Source of the DNA: Oligoflexales bacterium
Lineage (GTDB): Bacteria; Bdellovibrionota_B; Oligoflexia; Oligoflexales; CAIYRB01
Length of the DNA stretch: 12,301 bases
NCBI GenBank assembly: GCA_041736175.1
Contig: JBGSUI010000106.1
Span: 1-12,301 of the forward strand
Direction: 5' to 3'
A program made the translations under genes and the position numbers. Positions 6,550 to 12,301 of this stretch are shown one piece after another (within the stretch, counting starts at the first letter, position 1; every line of letters starts with the position of its first letter). A model generated the notes under the pieces. That model did not search any database. It worked only from the letters and a program-made list of their open reading frames with translations, and was not told where the DNA came from.

Positions 6550-8525
6550 GTGGATTTACTAAAGAGATTTTCAACCCATTCTTCGAATATCTACTTCGTC
6601 AAATTGAGAACCTCGGTGTAGCGACAGACGAAAAGTACGCGGTTGCCGAGCTTACGATTGCGAAGCTTAATTATTTCGTATATTCGCTGCTTCTTGAAAG
6701 GCTTGACGCCTCTAAAATAGATCAAACGGTCGCAATGACCTGCGCCTTTCTCTCCACCTCGATCGCTGAAGATACATATTTTCCGTTTACTACTTCCCGT
6801 AAAAAGAAACTTCATGCTTCTTTAGAGACCATAGCTAATTTGTTGATAAGAAATAACGCTTTGGATTCAACGCTACTCAAGGCGTCATCTGAAAATTCTT
6901 CCAATTTTGATTTAAAAGGGTTTATTGACTCCTTCTTGAAACGATATTTTGACGCTAGAACAGGAAAGCATGCTTCGACAATTTCTCTCCTTCAGAAGGC
7001 AATCATAAACGACAAGAGCGGGCTGGCTTTACTTGACCAGGTTAAAGGAGCTTTCATACACTATCCTTCCGAGCAAGTCTTCCATGCTGAGGCAGATAGT
7101 CGCTATGGCCCAAAGTCGCACACAAATATTGGGACAAACCTTCACAAGCAATGCACTTCGAGCAACGCGGGTTGGTCAAATCGAGTCCCATGGATGCTCA
7201 AATTCCTTATGGGCTCTAGTTCGAGTCCTGTAGCCGCAAGATCGGCATTACAACCAGTGCAGACGAATCGGAGGTGCGAGTTCGTCGTATATTTTGGTCC
7301 ACCTGGCACAGGGAAGACCACCGTCGCAAAGCACCGAGCGCTTGCTCTTTCAGAATCCAATCCCGCTCACTTGTCCGTTGTGCAATTTCATCCTTCGTAT
7401 ACCTACCAACAGTTCGTTGAGGGCATGACTCCGATTCTCTTTCCCGACGGCACTACCCGGTACCAGGTAGTGGACGGACCGCTGATGATACAGCACGCAA
7501 AGGCCTCAAATTCTTGGGTTAAAACTCTTGTCCGGATGGGGCGCGACCGCGAAGGGCGATTGACCGTTTGCTTTCCAATTGGGCTCTTGGAAAGGTACGG
7601 CGAAGAACCAGGCTCCATCCAATTTTTAGTTGAAGGCACAGAATTTAACGAATGCGAAGTAACTGATGGCACTATCGTTGCAGCATCAAAACAAAAAAAC
7701 GTGATGAAAAAACTATCACGACGTAGCTCTCATCGATTCGTTGAGGGCCAATTCAAAGGCAAGTCCTGGGGATCTGGATCTCACTGCCTTGTAATCGACG
7801 AATTGAATAGAGGCAATGTGGCTCAAATTTTCGGTGAACTGCTATATGTTCTTGCTGAGACGGATGCAGAAACCACAATACCTGTACGCTTACCTTATAG
7901 CGGACGTCAAATATCGTGGCCGGCGAGTCTTTCAATAGTAGGAACAATGAACACTGCTGATCGATCAACGGATGATCTCGATCAAGCACTGAAGAGACGA
8001 TTTAGATTTGTTGACGTGCAACCAGATCCTGAACGGCTGTCTGAACGTGCGTCGAATCCATTTGAGGCGCTCGATGTCAAAAATCTCTACGAAAAGGACC
8101 CAGCACAGCTATTAAAGCGTACGCCTGGGTTGGTGTGCTCCTGCGATTTTGTGGCCGAGACACTGAACGTATTGTCTAAGAGCAACGGAGTAGACAAAAT
8201 TATTGCTTCATTTAGCTTGCAACTTTCCGCGCTCAATTTGGTAATCGATTCCTCAGATGAAGTCCTGGACCGACACTCACGACGAGTCGGTCACTCACAT
8301 TTTATTGGTTTGGCGAGGAAGATCGCCAAGACCCTAATAGCTTCAGAAATAACCAAAGAAGTTCTAAACTCGATTCATGAAAGCTATAAAATCGCGCTTA
8401 AAGAAGAGGTTTTTCCTCAAATACTGTCAATATGCTCTGGAGATGAAGCAGTTGCTAAGGCGATCGAAGTGAAGTGGATCGCAAGCCTAGATGAAGTACC
8501 GCGCCCCGTCGGCTTGGCAATCTAG
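6546..8525 (+). CDS. mcrB: McrB-family AAA+ GTPase (restriction motor subunit), 659 aa
   Basis: Walker A GPPGTGKT (from 7296), VQFHPSYTYQQFVEG, Walker B LVIDELNRGNVAQIFGEL, McrB signature GTMNTADRS (NxxD 7950-7961), ALKRRF, VGHSHF; ATGA overlap with the MTase stop. Confidence 0.93.
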   Translation: MSGFTKEIFNPFFEYLLRQIENLGVATDEKYAVAELTIAKLNYFVYSLLLERLDASKIDQTVAMTCAFLSTSIAEDTYFPFTTSRKKKLHASLETIANLLIRNNALDSTLLKASSENSSNFDLKGFIDSFLKRYFDARTGKHASTISLLQKAIINDKSGLALLDQVKGAFIHYPSEQVFHAEADSRYGPKSHTNIGTNLHKQCTSSNAGWSNRVPWMLKFLMGSSSSPVAARSALQPVQTNRRCEFVVYFGPPGTGKTTVAKHRALALSESNPAHLSVVQFHPSYTYQQFVEGMTPILFPDGTTRYQVVDGPLMIQHAKASNSWVKTLVRMGRDREGRLTVCFPIGLLERYGEEPGSIQFLVEGTEFNECEVTDGTIVAASKQKNVMKKLSRRSSHRFVEGQFKGKSWGSGSHCLVIDELNRGNVAQIFGELLYVLAETDAETTIPVRLPYSGRQISWPASLSIVGTMNTADRSTDDLDQALKRRFRFVDVQPDPERLSERASNPFEALDVKNLYEKDPAQLLKRTPGLVCSCDFVAETLNVLSKSNGVDKIIASFSLQLSALNLVIDSSDEVLDRHSRRVGHSHFIGLARKIAKTLIASEITKEVLNSIHESYKIALKEEVFPQILSICSGDEAVAKAIEVKWIASLDEVPRPVGLAI

Positions 8526-9914
8526 ATGAAACGTCATTTAACATCCGAGTACATAGGCGTTGATTACGACGGAGAAGTTCTTGACGCGAAATGCCTAGCC
8601 TACCTCGCGGAAGACGACCTACAAACGCGGCAAAACGCCCTTGGCGGGATAATAAAACTTTGGTCGTTCTACGGCGAAAGACGAACGGACTTCAAAATTA
8701 ACACTGGCAAAGTCGCGCTTGGTGGCAACGAAGAATTCGCTTACGCAGTCCTTCTGTTGGAGCAATGGCTGACCCAAGTCATTAAGAACGTTCGCCGAAA
8801 CTTGCGACCAGCATTTTCGCAGAAGTCCGACGTGACCCCGTTCATTCGCGGATATGTAGATTTCGCTGCAGAAGCCGCGAAGAGCGCCGGCATCATCCAG
8901 GATATACAATCTACATTTTCCGAACTCACCTTTAACCACCCGTCTCTCTGCATCATAAGGGACGCAGCAATGCGTTTGTCCGAGTTGAAATTCATTTCTT
9001 CTGGCGGGAGTATTGCAAGCGGTATCCGACGTAAGATTCGGCAGCTACTCCATACACTTGAAAAAGTCCCGCCTTCAAAGGATCCAATTACTACTGCCAA
9101 GAGTGTTTGGAAGACAAGGAAATCATCTGGAAGCGGGCAGGTATCCTTTGCTTGTTTGCCTGGAAAGCTACGCCCCCTCGCAAAATCAGTCGAATTCGCC
9201 TGCGATGTAATGTTGGCGAACTCCATGTCGATTGGCGGCTTCGGTGTGCGATTGGACGGACTAGCATTAAATATGAATTACCTTCTCGAATACCTACTTT
9301 GCGAAGCGATGAAAGCTGTCGGTGGAGAAAAATCGTCCGCCAAGTTCCCCACGGGTCGAATCAATAAAATTAGGGGAAGCAATGGCAGTTGGAAGGCAAT
9401 GTCGCCCGATTGTTTTGGAGTTATTTCTGGAGACACTGGTGACCACGACCTAAATGAACTTTTTTATGGAGTGACATACATTCTCGACTCGAAACACAAG
9501 AACTTCTTCAGCCACAACTCGCAAGTCCCTTCGATCGAACGCGACGATTTCCTTCAATTAGCAGCCTATTCCGCAACGCACGCCGGACAGGACCTGGAGC
9601 CAAAACGCTCTGGACTTTACGGACTAGTAAGCCTCGCAGTTGAACGCGATGTTCGTCAGAATGAACGATACAGCTACATAGATCAAAATGCCATTTTCTG
9701 GTTCGACGTGGAGTACTCAATCGCCGGAATGGTTGTCGTCAAAAGAATGGTCAGTTTTCCCCTGAAACTGGTCCGATTCCTAATAGACTTTGGAAGTGCA
9801 GGTGACGATACGCAACAAAAATTGTGCTTTCGAAAACTAGGACATGAGATCTTGGGCAGCTATGCCGAGAAGTGTCTAGACGATGATGCCCTGGCTGAGT
9901 CGAAAGGCGCTTAA
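8526..9914 (+). CDS. mcrC: McrC-family PD-(D/E)xK nuclease subunit (divergent), 462 aa
   Basis: Starts immediately after the mcrB stop. Motifs FIRGYVDF, FSELTFNHP, LNMNYLLEYLL, SPD (9402-9410), ILDSKHK (DSKHK 9486-9500) and DFLQLAAY follow the McrC order. Confidence 0.82.
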   Translation: MKRHLTSEYIGVDYDGEVLDAKCLAYLAEDDLQTRQNALGGIIKLWSFYGERRTDFKINTGKVALGGNEEFAYAVLLLEQWLTQVIKNVRRNLRPAFSQKSDVTPFIRGYVDFAAEAAKSAGIIQDIQSTFSELTFNHPSLCIIRDAAMRLSELKFISSGGSIASGIRRKIRQLLHTLEKVPPSKDPITTAKSVWKTRKSSGSGQVSFACLPGKLRPLAKSVEFACDVMLANSMSIGGFGVRLDGLALNMNYLLEYLLCEAMKAVGGEKSSAKFPTGRINKIRGSNGSWKAMSPDCFGVISGDTGDHDLNELFYGVTYILDSKHKNFFSHNSQVPSIERDDFLQLAAYSATHAGQDLEPKRSGLYGLVSLAVERDVRQNERYSYIDQNAIFWFDVEYSIAGMVVVKRMVSFPLKLVRFLIDFGSAGDDTQQKLCFRKLGHEILGSYAEKCLDDDALAESKGA

Positions 9915-10078
9915 TTCCGTGCCCGGCATCGCACAATTTCTTGCGCAGGTTAAGTAGCTGAAAACAAATAAATTTTATCATCATCCCCCCAGAAGACCGC
10001 TGGTAGAATTGTAATCCCTTTTCAAACTCAGTTTTTGTGGGTCAACACCACCAAGGCGATGCGTCAATTTTACGCCAA

Positions 10079-10099
10079 TCGAGCACTGCTCGACATTGG
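10079..10099. repeat. Candidate right attachment site (attR): TCGAGCACTGCTCGACATTGG
   Basis: 8-bp core repeat followed by the 13-bp arm complementary to 312-324. Confidence 0.65.
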
Positions 10100-10185
10100 T
10101 TAATGATGCACTTGCACATAAAAGGAGCTATTATTATTCCTATAAACACATTGGTTAAATTTCGAATAAAAATGACTTTGTACTT

Positions 10186-12168
10186 CTATTTCCACGGTTT
10201 CCCCACCGTAGCCCCCATCCAGTCACAAGCCTTCCTCAGCAGCTCCGATTGAATATACTTATAGACTTCAAATCTTACCACACTCTCGCAACTCTCATAT
10301 TTCCTCACGGTCACCGGCCCCGTCGAGATCGTGAGCCGCGTGCTCGGACTGCTGCATTGAACCTTCTCCCATACCGTATAGATCCGACGATCCCCCGGTA
10401 AAGCATTGGCTCCGCCCATCTCACCCTTTTTTGCCCGGAGTACTTCTGCAGTCACCCAAGGTGCTGCAGCCGCAGCGATGCCAACTACCGCTTCCCCATT
10501 TGGCGAACCGCCAGAGTTTTTATATTGGCGAACAGCCGCCTCACGAGCGGCAACGCTCGCTACTCCAAGGCCCGCGATATATCCAAACTCTGCCGTCCGA
10601 TTGGTCGCCACATCACGCCAATAGCGGCTGGTGTAGGACATATCAACTAGAAGCGGATCTCCTGGGCGCAACAATGCCTCAGATCGTGATTTGGCCTGCG
10701 AGGGGGTATAAGGTATCCCCCACCCCTTAAGGGTCTCCGAAATCTGACTCTTAAATGCCGTAAAGCCCTCTCCTCTGCCGGCTGCATCTGCTGTTGACCC
10801 AGGACCTTCCCATGGATAGGCCAGCGACCACCTTTCAGCATCACCCCGAGGTACCCCGAATAGTTCATGGGCCATCGTTTTGAATTTAACTCCTGCATTC
10901 GCATACGCGTAATCAGATCCATAAATTCCACTGCTCATTCTAGGTGCCAAAGACCCCCACAGGGTACAGTACGGACCTTTCCACTTGGCGCTATCCATCG
11001 CCGTGATTGCTTTTTTAGCCAGAGCCTCTGCTGAACCAAGTATGGGCAATGAACAACCCACAAGAGCTTGCCGCCAGTCCTGCGACATGCCACTCCTCGC
11101 CATGTTGCCTGGCCCTTGATCACCAATTTTATCCCGAGATGCCCCACCCATGCCGCCTAAAGCATCCATGGCAGCCGCCCCTCCACAGCTTATCGGATTT
11201 GATGCCGCAGCCATCTGGGTGACGGCCTGAGGATCAAGGTAGTCAAGCATTCCCGTGTCCCAGAAGGGAGCCGCATCTCGGCTCATTGCCACCGGGCAGG
11301 TCATGGGCACCCCTTTATAGGGCCATGAATAACCACCAGGACTCTTGCCCTGCTCCTTAAGAATCGGCCCACAGACCGAAAAATGCTCGGCTAACGTTTC
11401 TGATATGGCCACAGGCCAGATATTAACCTCAAAAGTCGTCATCGTCTTGTGACGACTGCCACGAACCCTTAGATCTTCAAATGGGGTCAAGGCCGATGTT
11501 TGCATCAGCTCGTTGGTATTGACTGAACCGACTTTCATACCGAGAGCGCCTAAAGCATGCTTTCCGCCCAGAACGAGAGCTGTGATTTTCAGAGCTCCAT
11601 TCTTATCCATTAAACCCGCAATACTTTTCGCGACACCCCGTGATGCTGTATATAGACCGTTTTTAGCAGCAAATTTCGGATGGGAATCGTTACCCTTCTC
11701 GTTCACCTCAATAAAATACTTTGGCCAGTAATACTCTGGATGAGGATGCTCGACCTTGATATTTTGTTTAACTAAACACCCACCAAAGCCGTCCTGCGAA
11801 AGACAGCGTGAATGATGGGATGTATCCACCCCCTCGGTATAAGCCGCAAGCTGCGCCTTTGTCAGTACGTGGCAGGCTGTCGGATAATCAGGTTTGGTGG
11901 CAAGTTGAAGCCCTGATTCGGTCACGACCCGACCAAGACCCCTCAAAGCCTTTTGTAACTCACGCAGAAACAGTTGGATGTTGGCAGGATCTGCACAATT
12001 GAGCCCAAGATTGCTCACGACCACCTGAGCCTTTTTGGTGGTTTCTGCGCTCTCCATCACGGCTCGAACAAAATCATCAGGATTTTGGCTTCTTGCTTTT
12101 ATTGGGAATATTGTAAATACGCTTATGATTCCTAAAATTATCATGGTATTGCTGAATTCCAATTTCAC
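10186..12168 (-). CDS. Secreted Cys-rich protein, divergent TraU-like conjugative transfer protein, 660 aa
   Basis: GTG start with AGGAGG SD; signal-peptide-like N-terminus (IILGIISVFTIFPIKA). TraU-like motifs in the expected order: EYYWPKYFIEV, FEVNIWP, PFWDTGMLDYLDPQA...NPISC, CTLWGSLAPR, IYTVWEKVQC. Confidence 0.6.
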   Translation of the reverse strand: MKLEFSNTMIILGIISVFTIFPIKARSQNPDDFVRAVMESAETTKKAQVVVSNLGLNCADPANIQLFLRELQKALRGLGRVVTESGLQLATKPDYPTACHVLTKAQLAAYTEGVDTSHHSRCLSQDGFGGCLVKQNIKVEHPHPEYYWPKYFIEVNEKGNDSHPKFAAKNGLYTASRGVAKSIAGLMDKNGALKITALVLGGKHALGALGMKVGSVNTNELMQTSALTPFEDLRVRGSRHKTMTTFEVNIWPVAISETLAEHFSVCGPILKEQGKSPGGYSWPYKGVPMTCPVAMSRDAAPFWDTGMLDYLDPQAVTQMAAASNPISCGGAAAMDALGGMGGASRDKIGDQGPGNMARSGMSQDWRQALVGCSLPILGSAEALAKKAITAMDSAKWKGPYCTLWGSLAPRMSSGIYGSDYAYANAGVKFKTMAHELFGVPRGDAERWSLAYPWEGPGSTADAAGRGEGFTAFKSQISETLKGWGIPYTPSQAKSRSEALLRPGDPLLVDMSYTSRYWRDVATNRTAEFGYIAGLGVASVAAREAAVRQYKNSGGSPNGEAVVGIAAAAAPWVTAEVLRAKKGEMGGANALPGDRRIYTVWEKVQCSSPSTRLTISTGPVTVRKYESCESVVRFEVYKYIQSELLRKACDWMGATVGKPWK

Positions 12169-12196
12169 GTTTTAACCCTCCTAATTTCACTCAACC

Positions 12197-12301
12197 CTAT
12201 GTTTTTTCAGTCTGTTGGCTACGCCCAGGATTGGGCGTGATTGGTTTGGAATGAGATGTTGTTTGAGCCCCCTGAGACCAACCAGTAGCTTTCTGATCAT
12301 C
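12197..12301 (-). CDS. Possible 3' end of the upstream gene in the same minus-strand operon (partial, unknown product)
   Basis: Frame is open from the window edge to TAG 12199-12197 (DDQKATGWSQGAQTTSHSKPITPNPGRSQQTEKT*), ending just before the SD of the TraU-like gene. A second frame is also open, so the frame is ambiguous. Confidence 0.3.
   Translation of the reverse strand, partial: DDQKATGWSQGAQTTSHSKPITPNPGRSQQTEKT

Larger units (their letters stand above)
318..10086. mobile_element. Putative serine-recombinase integrative element / defence island (~9.76 kb)
   Basis: 8-bp direct repeat TCGAGCAC at 318-325 and 10079-10086, each in the intergenic region flanking the cargo. The outer arms 312-324 (CCAATGTCGAGCA) and 10087-10099 (TGCTCGACATTGG) are exact reverse complements. 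The interval contains a recombinase, a helicase-like ATPase and defence genes. Confidence 0.7.

Noticed and set aside
5261..9984. Short antisense and alternate-frame ORFs inside the MTase, mcrB and mcrC genes
   Set aside because: They overlap motif-bearing genes almost entirely and show no recognisable domains.
4277..10188. Amber recoding suggested by TAG-ATG junctions at 4277 and 8523 and the open frame after the TAG at 10188-10186
   Set aside because: All genes are full length in the standard code, and the continuations after 4279 and 10186 are short and featureless.
10037..12002. Short ORFs overlapping the TraU-like gene or the right boundary
   Set aside because: Expected shadows of a long real gene; no independent support.
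12221..12238. Hairpin ACGCCCA-GGAT-TGGGCGT
   Set aside because: No adjacent T-tract and probably within coding sequence of the upstream gene.
1..12301. CRISPR array, tRNA/rRNA, IS transposase
   Set aside because: No repeat-spacer periodicity, cloverleaf, rRNA-like sequence or transposase ORF seen.

Overview
The window appears to hold a small (~9.8 kb) integrative defence element inside a larger conjugative element. At the left edge is the 3' end of a group II intron (+ strand, domains V and VI) with a non-canonical catalytic domain V. Inside the element are an AbiEi/AbiEii type IV toxin-antitoxin operon (- strand) with a sigma70 promoter overlapped by two tandem inverted-repeat operators, a compact serine recombinase, a primase-less MCM-like AAA+ ATPase with a C-terminal winged helix, and a tightly coupled three-gene operon: gamma-class N6-adenine methyltransferase with a TaqI-like TRD, McrB-like GTPase (unrecognised N-terminal domain plus a ~90 aa insert) and McrC-like nuclease. 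An 8-bp direct repeat (TCGAGCAC at 318-325 and 10079-10086) brackets these genes, and removing the element in silico restores a perfect 27-bp palindrome. The right flank encodes a 660 aa secreted, Cys-rich, divergent TraU-like conjugation protein (- strand). All family assignments come from reading motifs by eye; no database searches were run.
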